DNA of 64,000 nucleotides from Squalus acanthias. Taxonomy: Eukaryota. A model generated the notes under the pieces. The model had not been told where the DNA came from, ran no database searches, and worked only from the letters and a program-made list of their open reading frames with translations. Shown here piece after piece: positions 11,601 to 24,255 of this stretch. How positions within the stretch are numbered: position 1 is the first letter of the stretch; each line of letters opens with the position of its first letter. A program made the translations under genes and the position numbers. The DNA lies in the NCBI GenBank assembly GCA_030390025.1, contig CM059425.1:178314001-178378000 (forward strand), written 5' to 3'.

Positions 11601-14600
11601 GAAAAGTAGAGTTGAGGCCAAGATCAGATCAGCCATCATCTTATTGAATGGCGGAGCAGGCTCGAGGAGCCGAATGGCCTACTCCTGCTCCTATTTGTTA
11701 TGTTCTTATGCCCTCACTGGTTCCAAATTGAAAATGGGTGTTGTGGGATCTGTCTGCATCTGGAAGCATTGGTTTGTCGCATTTAGTCAAAATAACTTTT
11801 TTTTTTAAAATGAGCCAGATAAGTAAAGTCCTTAAATCTATGAATTGCTTTTAAAATTAGATGTCTATAGTTACAGTAGCTCAGAAATAGTGCCAACAGA
11901 AGGCACTTTTACATTGGTGTTCAAACAGAGATTTGTGAACTCCAAGTGGAGACTTAGGACCTCTGAGCGTCACTCCACTTTTTATTGCCTCTTTTACTAG
12001 TACCCATTGGGGCTATTAAAGAACAGAAGCTTGCTTTATGTGTTTCTGACTTCTATTTTCTGGACCAATTATATGTATGGTACCATTGGAGGGATGGCAT
12101 TCACCTCCTTCATATTACAGTGTGCCCTTGGCTGTGGGAGTACTCTGCGACCAACAGCACACTATAAATACAAATGTGCCTGAAGAGAGTAACCTTGTAG
12201 TCTGTGCATCCTGGGAACAGGTCTTGCTCCTCCTTCATCCATAAATAATAATTCCAGTGTTTCATTCAGTATATCACTTACCTCATCACCCCCTACATTC
12301 TATTAGAAATGGTCATACCACGAGCTGTCTGTGCATGCTTTTGTGAGTAATGACTTGTTACCCATGTACTCATTAACTGAATAACAGCACCTGAGATATT
12401 TTCATCCCAGTATTAGTTTTACACGTCAACATGTCTTTCTTCCACATTTAATGCAACTTATTTACTTCTTTGTTAGACTTTTATGCTGATCTTGGAGTAA
12501 AGCTTGTAATTCACAAAAAAGTTGCAATAATATTTCACTTCATATCACATTAGGACTTCTGCTTTCTTTCTTCATTGCATTTAATCAGGTGCAAGGGCAG
12601 ACTTCTAATGTTCAAGTATTGCCAAAACTGAATTCTGTTAGTCGCTGGGGAACAATACCAAATAAGCTGTGATGGAAAAGTATGACAGAATTATTTCAGT
12701 GATTAATTGAGCTTCTGACAGTCGCAGAAGAGATTGATAAATATTCTGAATCTGTTGCAGGAATTAAAATGTAATTGTTTGACGGACTAATTGTAATGAC
12801 CAAATCAAAACCTAATATTTCTATGTGTATCTGTGTATAGTTCTGTTTCGTATAGTGTGATCCATTGCAGTATGTGAACTAGAATGCAATGATCTCTTAA
12901 TTAGTTGTTTCTCTACTAAGCCTGTAATTAGATTAGCTGTATAAAAGTTCAATAACAAAGCCATTTCCTGTTTTGTGTTCAGTTTGTTTAATTGTGTACC
13001 TTAAGTTCATGCTAAGGGTATCAAATTATGGCCAGGATTTAATGAAGCTTTTTTTTTTGGCAAACGTTCCAATTCAGCCCCATTGAAAATTCCCTCTGTA
13101 AAACCACCTCTGAAAAGCACTCTGTTTCCCTTTTATAGAATCCAAGCTGTTTTTCTTGACACTTTAAACACTTGATGACAGCAATAACTGAAAAATACTG
13201 CTTCTTTTGTCAGACATGTTTTTTTCCTCTTTACAGTGTAAAGGAACTTCAAAGCTGCAGTAAGATGTAGCGTAGAATTGAATTTTGTACAGTTATAAAA
13301 TACAGTTTCTGTAAGCCAGCAAGAGTACTTTAGATTTATTAATACTGATGATGGTCTTGCTGTTCTGTACTGATACACAATACGAGGCATTTACTAACTT
13401 AATTTCCGCACCCCCCCCGGGCAAAAAAAAATGTTGTAAGGGAATCTAGTGCATACCCAAGCTGGACATCACAGCTGGGTGATGCCGACAGAAGCTATCC
13501 TGGTTGAAAATGTTAATGTCAAGGCTCACCTGAACACTTTTCTCAGGTTTTTTTTTAAAATAAATTGCAGATTACAGAAATGTGTTTTACAGTGGGTAAA
13601 TTTATTTTTTAAATTGGCAAAATGCAAATTAAATGTAAATAAATACTGACATACTGATGCTGTAGGTGGGACAGCAAGAGATTTTCTTCGCATTACACGG
13701 GTTTTTCTTGTATCCCGGACTCTTCCATTAAGAGCATAATGTGGCTACTAATGGTTTTATTGGAATGTTCCTGCAGTATTTGGTGATTTAAAAAAAAATC
13801 AAAGCAACCTCTCGTGCGTGTTATACCATCATAAATTATATAAGTTTGTTGACAGATTGATTAATTGCCCTTTTGCTTTTTATTTTTATGTTTAAACGAG
13901 CAAGCTCAGCGACCATTATTTTTCTCTCAAAATCGATCAAAGGCTCTGTTCAAAAAGAAGTTGAGACTGATGCCATGATTTCCCACAGCCAAGTAATTAG
14001 ACAATCGTGCAGCTGAAGTTCAAACTTTTTCAAGTGCTTTGAATTGAGTTTAGGTCAGTGGTGACATTTTATGTGGCCTGGAGATATACAGTGAACTTAA
14101 AAGGGATCTGTGTTTTGACCCTTGTTGGGGTTTACTGTTAATACTTACGGAATCTGTAAGTAACTTTGAAGATCTGAAGAACATCCTCTGACAGTTTAAA
14201 ACTTTCAAAGTACATAGTAATGTTTGAATATAAACCAATATTAAATCCAGTAAGATAGGATCATACATCTCATACAGTGCATTGACTGCCCTTCCAGATG
14301 TCAGATATCAGTCAGGTACGCCAGCACGCATAGAAAGAAAAGTACCATAATTAACTCAAGACTGCTTCCTCTTCTCTTTTTCTCGTCCCCCCCAACAACT
14401 AATTTCTTTCCTATCCTAAAGGCAATGACACATGCTGGGGTATGCTGGTGGCTTCTACTACCATGTTCAAGTGCCCAGTCTTCATGTGAACCTCACAGTC
14501 AAACCCAGTCCTCTCCTCACCTGGTATCTGCACATATATGCACACGTACATACACTCTTGGAGAGAGAGAAGAAAATAGAGGAGAAGGGACAAGGGTGCA

Positions 14601-15160
14601 AAAGTAGCAAAACTACCTCAGCAGGGAGGGAAGCCCAAGATTTTCATCAGGGCGGTGTTGGAGATTGTGATGAGCTACTTTCCTTCTATCCAAGCCCAGA
14701 ACTTACTCTTTGGGGGTTCGGTGAGCTAAACCTTTGCTCCAACGCCCTGTCCGCCTTCCTGCAGTGAGCTTATAGATGAAAGGGGGAAGAGATGAGCTAC
14801 AATTTCCCCTGAGGCAAAGAGGTTAGAAATGTTGGAGGATATTTAGAAACCATCTTATTTAAGTCACATAAGAAAACTTGCTGATGTGGTGAAGCGTGGT
14901 TATGTTTATTTTGTGGCATTCCGGGATCATAAATTGTACAGATCGAATTAAGTGAATCTGAACATAGCGGCTATTCTGTATGTTCACCTTATTGTGAAAT
15001 AAAGCAATGTATTACTTCGTACCTGGCTTCATCTCGCCAAGTGTGTGCTCGGTCTGCTTTGAGAGAAATTGAAGAAATACACGTGAAGGACACAAATATC
15101 CAGTCCAGTTCACAAGGGGGTGCTATTGTTGCATCCCTGAGTTATGCTGTTGTGCAAGTA

Positions 15161-16637
15161 TGAGAGGTCGCACAACACCAGGTTATAGTCCAACAGTTTT
15201 ATTTTAAATCACCAAGCTTTCGGAGTTACAACTCCTTCGTCGGGTGAAGTGAGGAGATACAGAATCGTCAAAGCATATATAGATAGAGAACAATGCATGT
15301 GTAACTTACAATTGCAGACAACTAAATTCAATCATCCTGACTGTTTATCTGCCGAGGTGTGATAAAGTTAATCAGGTCAGCCAGGAAGGAACCACATCAA
15401 AGACATAGCAAGATACAACTGAGACAATGAGGTGGAGTCGCATGGGGTCTAACGTGTCAAAAGCTGCTGTCTGTATGTAAAACGATTAACTTTAAAATTT
15501 TTACTTTTTTACTGGGAATCACATCTGTGAACAAGCCAACGACGACTTGAGTCCGGATCACGTCATGTATCGTGACATAAACCCAAGATCCCGATTGAGA
15601 CCATCTTCATGAGTGCGGAACTTGGCTATCCGTTTCTGCTCGATGATTTTGCGTTGTCGTGTTTTCCTAAGGCTGCCTTGGAGAACGCTTACCCGCAGAT
15701 CCGAGGCTGAATGTCCTTGACTGCTGAAGTGTTCCCCGACTGGGAGGTAACAATCCTGCCTGGCGATTGTTGCGCGGTGCTCGTTCATACGTTGTCTCAG
15801 TGTCTGCATGGTCTCGCCGATGTACCATGCCGCGGTGCATTCTTTCCTGCAACGTATGAGGTAGACAACGTTGGCCGAGTCACATGAGTATGTACCATGT
15901 ACCTGGTGGGTAGTGTCCTCACGGGTGATGATGGTATCTGTGTTGATGATCTGGCATGTCTTGCAGAGTTTGCCGTGGCAGGGTTGTGTGGTGTCGTGGT
16001 CGCTGTTATCCTGAAAGCTGGGTAATTTGCTGCGAACGATGGTACTTCTGAGGTTAGGCGGCTGTTTGAAGGCAAGTAGTGGAGGCGTGGGGATGGCCTT
16101 AGCGAGGTGTTTGTCGTCATCGATGACATGTTGAAGGCTGCGAAGAACATGGCGTAGTTTCTCCGCTCCGGGGAAGTACTGGACGACGTAGGTACCCTGT
16201 TGGTTGTGTCCCGTGTTTGCCTTCTGAGAAGGTCTATGCGATTTTTCGCTGTGGCCCGTCGGAACTGTCGATCGATGAGTCGAGCGTCATATCCCGTTCT
16301 TACGAGGGCGTTTTTCAGTGTCCGTAGGTGTCCATCGCGTTCCTCCTCGTCTGAGCAGATCCTGTGTATTCGCAGGGCTTGTCCATAGGGGATGGCTTCT
16401 TTAACGTGGTTAGGGTGGAAGCTGGAGAAGTGGAGCATCGTGAGGTTGTCCGTGGGCTTGCGGTAGAGTGTCCGTCTTTGATGGAGATTCGTGTGTCCAG
16501 GAATGAAACCGATTCTGAGGAGTAGTCCATGGTGAGTTTGATGGTGGGATGGAACTTGTTTATGTTATCGTGTAGTCTTTTCAGTGATCCTTCGCCATGG
16601 GTCCAAAGGAAGAAAATGTCGTCGATGTATCTGGTAT
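15161..16637 (-). mobile_element. 5'-truncated Penelope-like element, family 1 (Neptune-like): RT, Cys linker, GIY-YIG endonuclease, 3' pLTR
   Basis: Minus-strand RYIDDIF (~16612-16634), HPNHVKEAIPYGQALRIHRICS, PCHGKLCKTC, NVVYLIRC..YIGET..LRQRMNEH..GLN. Stop at 15558. Hammerhead-like motif at 15210-15248. Confidence 0.9.
15210..15248 (-). ncRNA. Minimal hammerhead ribozyme motif, family 1, core mutated (CCGACGA)
   Basis: Reverse complement reads cac-CCGACGA-a-ggagtt-gt-aactcc-GAAA-gctt-ggtg. Confidence 0.6.
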
Positions 16638-17318
16638 GGTATAGGACAGTGAGTCAGCTCCCATAAAAGTAAGATGCTCAGATCACTTACGGGAGTGACT
16701 GGCACTACTGATCTCTGAGGTATCTGTAGCAGACTCGAATTTGTAACAGAGAGCCTGGGTTAAAGTGGATCTGTGAAGATGGGGGATTAAGAAATAATTT
16801 AGTATATATTTTAGACAGAATTAAAAGCTTAAACATTTGAACAATGCTTACCTTTTACTTACCTTTTAACAGAAAACAACATACGCCCCACCACAAAGGA
16901 ACACATCACAGCGTCACTTAGTGGCCTGAGCCTGCAAATTTTTAAAGCACTTTTTAACTATTTCACCTTGTATACTCTCACTACATAAATTAAATATAGT
17001 TAGGCTGTCATGTAAAGTTAATTCAAAAGCAGGACACTGGAAACCCCAATCACAGTGCTACATACAGGTATAACATGTATTGTAGGTAAATGTTCACCAA
17101 TTTAAACTGGACTTTGCCATAGACAGAGCCTGACTTTCAAATTTTCAATGCACGTTGAAATACAATGTAGCGACCCATTCATCATTTTTAATACATCAAT
17201 AGATATTTTTTTCTTTTACATATTTCATTAGCTTGTAATACATTTCCCGTGGTTGTGATAACGGGGGGGGGGGGGGGGGGAGAATGGAGCATGGGATGGG
17301 AAACGGAGCAATCTAGCA

Positions 17319-17747
17319 AAGAATGTTCCAATGGAGCTCAACGTAAGCTCGAGGAACAGCACCTCATCTTTCGATTAGGCACTTTACAGCCTTCTGGACT
17401 CAACGTTGAGTTCAACAATTTCAGACTATAACCCCTGCCCCTATTTTTTCACATGGCAGCTGTTGGTTATTCTGCCATCCCCATTTGCAACATTTAATCT
17501 CTCCTGCCTTCCATCCTAGCACAGATCGTTCCTTTTGTTCCTTCCTCCCCCCCCCCTCCCCCTTTCCCTGCCTCTGCACCTGCTTAAAACCTGTTCCATC
17601 TCTAACTTTTTCCAGTTCTGACGAAGGGTCACAGACCTGAAACGTTAACTCTGTTTCTCTCTCCACGGATGCTGCCTGGCCTGCTGAGTGTTTCCAGCAT
17701 TTTCTGTTATTTCAGATTTCCAGCATCCGCGGTATTTTGCTATTGTA
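17319..17747 (+). mobile_element. Penelope-like element family 2, 3' end
   Basis: GIY-YIG C-terminus RKLEEQHLIFRLGTLQPSGLNVEF*, then a pLTR shared with the copies at 45-54 kb. Confidence 0.85.
17614..17650 (+). ncRNA. Minimal hammerhead ribozyme motif, family 2
   Basis: agtt-CTGACGA-a-gggtc-aca-gacct-GAAA-cgtt-aact, with palindromic AACGTT as stem III. Confidence 0.75.
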
Positions 17748-18429
17748 TTAATGCTAAAGTGATAACTGGAGTCGGACGCAAAACTGAGTTGAAGCGAAGA
17801 TGGCGTAGGATTTCTTTTCTGTTATCTGGCAAATGGGAGTGACAGTTTTGTGGTTGAGCTTGGGAGCTCAGACTTGCGGAATGAGGCCAGAGGCAGGTGC
17901 GAATGGCAGGTTGGCTCTATGACCACACTTTGCACTATTACTGTCGAAAGAAAAATCACAGCTGCCTTCAAAGTATTCACCTGTCCTGATGCTGACTTTC
18001 CTGGATTTCAATGTTTATCCTTTTCCATTGCAGGACAAGGAGTGGTTGCAAATGGTAAGTCCTGGTGTGCTCTATGAATGGCCAATCCGGCTGTCTAAAA
18101 CAAAATATAAAATCCTGGTTTATTATGTGCTTTTACTCACCCGTGCCATACACATATACATGAGACTAGAGTTTCTGCTCGGGCATGATCCCAACTGGAA
18201 GTAAGGTATAGAATAACTTGGGCCTGCCTGACACTGGGCTCTGGCCCAGTGTAATTTCTGGGGCCAGCCGTAATATAATATTTCAGGGAAGCTCCAGGCT
18301 TCAGAAATGCCTCTGATTTAGAAACTCATCCATTTGGAGATTTAAAGTCCGGCAGCTGCTTAAAGAAGAAGCCAATCGTTGAATTGGTTTTGGTGCACAC
18401 CAGTTCAGTGGAAACAAATATCTATCAGG

Positions 18430-18665
18430 TCAGCTGGAGGGCAGAGAGCCCTTCCAGGCTTTCTCATGCAGCTGTGGAAGTACTGTTGGAGGAAGTCAGG
18501 CAAATGTGGAAGGCCCTGTTTGGCATAGTGATGCAAGGCCCCAAGGAGAGCTGCCCAAGATTAATGGAATGAGGTGATCAGGGCAGTGAGAACTTAACAA
18601 AGTCACACATAGCCACTCTGTGCAGGAAAAATAAAACTGAATGACCCTATCAGGTCAGCAAGATA
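18430..18665 (+). pseudogene. Decayed Harbinger Myb/SANT-like exon
   Basis: RLSHAAVEVLLEEVR...CRKK.ND.IRS, similar to the exons at 37069 and 46780. Confidence 0.5.
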
Positions 18666-18774
18666 AGTGGTGCACTAGTGCACTGTAATAAGCATGCCTG
18701 CTACTTCCAATGACCCCACCCTCGCACTGGCTTAAATTGCTTACCATTAATGTTCATGAGGTTTTAAAAAATCT

Positions 18775-19030
18775 TTCATATATATAGCACCTTCCAAGAC
18801 CTCAGGACATCTCTAAGCACTTCACATAAACAAATTACTTTTGAAGTGTAGTCACTTGTAATGTAGGCAAATGCGGTAGCCAATTTGTGCACAAGGTCCC
18901 ACAGTGAGATAAATGAGCAGATAATCAGTTTCATTGATGTTGGTTTAGGGATAAATGTTGGCCAGGACATTGGAAGAACTCCCCAGCTCCTCTTCGAACA
19001 GTGCTATGGATCTTTTTACTCCCATCTCGG
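18775..19030 (-). mobile_element. DeuSINE (SacSINE1/AmnSINE-like) fragment
   Basis: Reverse complement of the Deu-domain/tail cacaaattggct..tacattaca..gtgactacacttcaaaagta..gaaggtgctatata. A short copy also lies at 20160-20241. Confidence 0.65.
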
Positions 19031-21107
19031 TTTTTACCGAGGAATTCCTGGAGCTGGGCAGAAAGGACGCCTTTTTTATTAGATTGATTAATTCCGCTGG
19101 AAGTGAGAATGAGCATTTCCTGCGTGCACGTCCCTCCCACATTTATGCTGATGTCAGAGGAAGACGACGTCACCTGATGGACATCCTGCCAGTACCACCC
19201 CCTCTGACCCCAAAGCAAAATACGCTGGTTGTAGGTATACTTGTGCGTCAGGATAAAATCCTAGCCAAGGTGGGGCCCAAAACGCCGGTTACCTCGCTGT
19301 TAGGAAATCGGCAACAGTAAAACCATACACATTTTAAAGTTTTCACAATTCCTCAGCCGTCCATGAGGTAGACACCCATGGATTGCTGGAAATAGCGCAG
19401 GTGCCCGCCAGTGTTCGCTCTAACTTTTTTCTGGGCTGCGGGCCTATTCAAAATTATGCGCATGCGCAGTTTTTCCATTTAAAAGTCGACTGCGCAGGAC
19501 TTCCAGAGTAAAGGGAACTTTGGTGCCTCCCCCCCCATGCAAATAATCTTAATTCTGGGATTTAGAATGGGGTCAAACTGGCAGTTGGAAGGCAAAGTGA
19601 GGTGCTTTCTGAGTGCGACAGGTGTGCAAGAAATGTAAGATTGTGATAAATGAGCAAACATCCTTTGATAGTGACTATTTTCTTCACCCACCGCCAGGAG
19701 GACACCACCGGGCGGTAATTGAAGAAAACAATTAGATTTCTACTGATAGGTGGTGGAAGGAGTGAGAAGATAGACATAACACCAGATAAGTATAATCTAT
19801 TGAAGATTCAGGAACATTAGCACATTCTGCCCTTTGTACGGCTTTGTGTAATCCTATCATGACGCAAGTCTTTAATAACTAAACAGTCTCTAAATTGTAA
19901 TCAGATTACACCCGAGCGTATTTACTCTTCACTACCATCTCCCTCTATGGGCTTAATTCAGAAAATTCGCTTTAATTCACTTTAGTCAGATCCTGGTACA
20001 AAATCTTCCTAATTTGCAGCTGTATTCAGTCCAAATAATGCAATCTCTTGAATTAGCTGACCAGCTGTGCCCTGCATTCCACTAAAATTCTCTCCTAACT
20101 TTTCTGTGTCTGCAGCTCCGCTATTTTGTAGACCTTCATTCACCCAGCTAATGGTGAAAGAAAGAAAGACTTGCATTTATATAGCACCTTTCACGACTTC
20201 AGGATGTCCCAAAGCGCTTTACAGCCAATGAAGTACTTTTACTTGGTGGTTCTTGATTTCTAAACTTTTCCAATTGCGGAATATCATAATGGCTGCTAGG
20301 ATGGAGTTCTGCAGGTTTGAGGACCTGGGATCATTATAGGCAATCCCTTTCTCACCCGTAGCTTACAATCTCTGTCCCTCGGTTGTTTCCAGTTCTACAC
20401 AGGTACTTGAGGTACAGCTGCTAGTGTATTACTAATAAAGATCTTTCAGTATCAATTAAATTATGATTTAGATGTAGCACTCCACAATGTGACCAGCGAT
20501 ATTTTCCGATGTATCCAGGTGATTATCCAATATAGCTGTTATGCTGTAGAGAGCAACACTGTCACAGGAAGTCTTAATTTTCTGACAAAACATGTTGATT
20601 CTGAACCGTATATTTATTTTTATTAATTTAGTGCTGCCTAAACATCTAGCTGCTTTATTCAAATAGGTAAATGTTTCTCACTGATACTACACATCACTCA
20701 TAAAATTAGATTTTCTGCTTATTTGTTTTCACTGCTGGAGGTGGTTAATGGATGAAGTGGCAGTGATGAAATTTCATCCCTGACGTCATGATTAGGTGCA
20801 GTTAATTACTTTAATTGCACGAATTAGTACGTGTGAGATTTCATCATTAACGCTCCAAAATAAATCATTTAACATCTGTGTATTTAGGTCAATGACATGG
20901 CAAAATGAAAATGGCAATCCAAATAAAATTTAAGAATGCTGACAGTCATTTGCTTTTGAGAGTATTTGATTTTTTTTAAACCTATTATAAGTTTCATTGT
21001 GATCACTAAACTGAGGGTTCTTAATGCAATAAAATTAGATTTCAGCCAGAATCACAATGACAAAAGTTATCGATCATGAAGCCCTTATCCTTATTGTAAG
21101 CACATAT

Positions 21108-21690
21108 TCATAGAGTCATAACGCACAGAAGGAGGCCATTTGGCCCATCGAGTCCGTGCCAGCTCTCTGTAGGACAATCCAGTCAGTCCCATTCCCCCAA
21201 ATAAAAACAGAAAATGCTGGAGATACTCAGCAGGTCAAGCAGCATCTGTGAAGAGAGAAAGAGAGTTAACATTTCAGGTCGATGACCTTTCGTCAGAACT
21301 GGAAAAAAGCAGTCCCATTCCCCCGTTCTATCCCCATAGCCCTGCAAGTTTATTTCCCTCAAGTGCCTATCCAGTCTGCCCTTAAAAACACTGAGCGTCT
21401 CCGCCTCCACCACCTCCGTCGGCAGCGAACCCCAGGTCATCACCACTCGCTGCGTAAAAAAGTTTTTCCTCACATCCTCCCTGCATCTCTTGCCCAAAAC
21501 TTTAAATCTGTGTCTCCCAGTCTTTGCACCATCAACTAGTGGGAACAGCCTTTCCCCGCCTAGCCCATTCAAACCCGTCATAATCCTGCACACCTCTATC
21601 AAATCGCCCCTCAATCTCCTTTGCTCTAATGAAAACACATCCAGCCTCTCCAACCTGTCCTTGTAGCCAAGATCTTCCATCCCCGGAACC
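21108..21690 (-). mobile_element. CR1 LINE 3' fragment
   Basis: SLEQRRLRGDLIEV...RKNFFTQRVV and a CR1 tail. Contains a PLE insertion. Confidence 0.85.
21199..21309 (-). mobile_element. 111-nt PLE family 2 pLTR insertion carrying a hammerhead motif (21264-21300)
   Basis: 15-bp TSD CAGTCCCATTCCCCC at 21184-21198 and 21310-21324. Reverse complement reads agtt-CTGACGA-a-aggtc-atc-gacct-GAAA-tgtt-aact. Confidence 0.85.
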
Positions 21691-21699
21691 GTATTGTTG

Positions 21700-22290
21700 C
21701 TTTGCAATCCGAACAAGATGTTTGAAATTAGCGTATGCATATAATTCCAGCCATTTTAGAGCATTGTCACCACCAGTATGCAAAGCGGATAGGCCACCAG
21801 ATAGTTTAGTTAGGAGGTATGATTCAACGATGTGTGACATGGTTTCTATTTATCCACAAGGACAGTTACCATCATCATGAAGGTCCGATTGGATGAAGAT
21901 TTGAGGTGAAAAATCCCTGTCCAATTTGGAAGCAGTTGGGAAGATATGTACATAAACTATTAAAAAGGAGTGATGCTAGAACTGATCCTAAAGGGAGGCC
22001 ATTGATTTGGTATCTCCACGAGCTGGTGCTGTCAGCCATGTGTGCTCTGAAACATCAGCCCCTTATCAGTAATTCAACCAAGCAGGTGGCCCAATATGGC
22101 AGGACACTCGCCATTTTTATCAGAAGACCAGTATGCTAGACAGTGTCATAGGTTGCTGTTAGATCGAGGAAGACAACACCAGTCATAAAGTTTATCTGAA
22201 AGCTATTTTCAATGAAGGAGGTTAGGGTGAATACTGGGTCGCAATTCCCATGGCCATGGCACAAACCAGCTTGGTCTGGACTCCGTGCAT
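21700..22290 (-). mobile_element. Decayed non-LTR RT fragment, Vingi/Ingi-like
   Basis: Minus-strand TGVVFLDLTATYDTV*HTGLLIKM and NGLPLGSVLASLLFN. Confidence 0.5.
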
Positions 22291-22299
22291 TGAAGATAT

Positions 22300-24255
22300 A
22301 TATTTGAAATAGTACTTAACTGCTGTTTTTGCCCATAATGGAGAGAGAACAGGTGGACATGATATTGGATGATGAGATTAGTAATGAGATAAGTGCATTT
22401 AAAATAACAAGAGGAGATATATTAAATAAACTAATCAAACTCAAAGAGGATTAAACCCCTGGTCCGGATGGATTGCATCCACACATTTTTAAAGAATCTA
22501 GGGAAGAGATAGCAGAGGCATTACTACACATATTTAATAATTCGTTAGAAAAAGATGTAGTGTCAGAGGACTGGCGGATAGCTAACGTAATACCTATATT
22601 TAAGAAGGGAGATAGAACATGTCCAGGGAATTATAGACCAGTCAGCTTAATATTGGTGGTAGGAAAAATAATGGAATCCCTACTAAAGGAGAAAATAGAA
22701 GAACATCTAGAAACCAAAAACATAGTAATGAGTAGTCAGTATGGATTTCAAAAGGGAAAGTCTGGCTTGACCAACCTCATTGAATTTTTTGAAGAGGTAA
22801 CAGAGAGTAGACAATGGTAATGTAGTAGATGTAATTTATCTAGATTTTCAAAAGGCCTTTGATAAGGTACCCCATAATAGACTGATGAACAAGGTCAGAG
22901 AATGCGGAGTTAGGAGGCAAGTAGCAGAATAGATAGCTAGCTGGCTTCAAGACAGAATGGCTGACTTAATTAACTTTATCACACCTCGGCAGATAGTCAG
23001 GATGATTTAATTTAGTGGTCTGCAATTGTAAGGTACACATGCTTTGTTTTCTATCTATATATGCTTTGGCGATTCTGTATCTAATTTACTTCACCTGAGG
23101 AAGGAGCAATCGATAGCTCCGAAAGCTTGTGATTTCAAATAAAACTGTTGGACTATAACCTGGTGTTGTGCGACCTCTCAATTTCAAGACAGAAAGCAGA
23201 GAGTAGGGGTGAAAGATAGCTATTCACAGTGGCAGAAGTGGTGTTCCACAAGGATCAGTGCTGGGACCACTATTGTTCACAATTTATATTAACGATTTAG
23301 ACTTTGGAATCAAAAACACAATTTCTAAATTTGCGGATAACACCAAATTGGGGGGATAGTCAATACTGAGGAGGACTGCAACAAATTACAGGAGGACATT
23401 AATAAACTTGCAGAATGGGCACATAATTGGCAAATGAAGCTCAACACAGATAAATGTGAGGTATTACATTTTGGTAGGAAGAATAGGGAGGTCACTTATT
23501 ATTTGGAGGGTGCAAGTCTAGGTGGGGTAGAGGAACAAAGGGATCTTGGAGTACAAATACACAAATCACTAAAAGTTGCGACACAGGTCAGCAAGGCCAT
23601 TTAAAAAAAAAAAGCAAAGCAAACCAAACACTGGTTTATTTCTAGAGGTATAGAATTGAAAAGTAGGGAACTTATGCTAAACCTGTATCGAACCTTGGTT
23701 AGACCACACTGAGAGTACTGAGTGCAGTTCTGGTCACGGATATAGAGGCACTGGAAAGGGTGCAGAGAAGATTTCAAGGATGATACCAGAAATGCGAGGG
23801 TATACATATCAGGAAAGGATGAACAGGCTGGGTCTCTCTTCTCTTGAAAAGAGAAGGCTGAGGGGTGACCTAATAGAGGTCTTTAAAATTTTGAAAGGTT
23901 TTGATAGAGTGGATACAGAGAGAATGTTTCCACTTGCGGGGAAGAGCATAACTAGAGACCATCAATATAAGATAGTCACCAAGAAATCCAAAAGGGAATT
24001 CAGAAGAAACTTCTTTACCCAAAGAGTGGTGAGAATGTGGAACTCGTGACCACAGGGAGTGGTTGAAGCGAATAGTATAGATGCATTTAAGGGGAGGCTA
24101 GTCAAGCATATGAGGGAGAAGGGAATAGAGGGTTATGCTGATAGATTTAGATGAGGAAAGACGGGAGGAGGCTCAAGTGGAGCATAAACGCCGGCATGGA
24201 CTGGTTGGGCTGAATGGCTTGCTTCTGCGCCGTATATCCTATTTAATCTTATGTA
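22300..24255 (+). mobile_element. 5'-truncated CR1 LINE
   Basis: [48 protein letters not shown], and a 3' tail. Confidence 0.9.
22958..23182 (+). mobile_element. 225-nt PLE family 1 pLTR insertion carrying a hammerhead motif (23091-23132)
   Basis: 12-bp TSD TTCAAGACAGAA at 22946-22957 and 23183-23194. Motif tcac-CTGAGGA-a-ggagc-aatcgata-gctcc-GAAA-gctt-gtga. Confidence 0.88.

Larger units (their letters stand above)
7430..11710 (+). mobile_element. Near full-length CR1-clade LINE (inactive)
   Basis: ORF1 and ORF2 remnants in order, plus a CR1 3' tail (ggctcgaggagccgaatggcctactcctgctcc...ttatgttcttatg). The 5' boundary is approximate. Confidence 0.92.
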
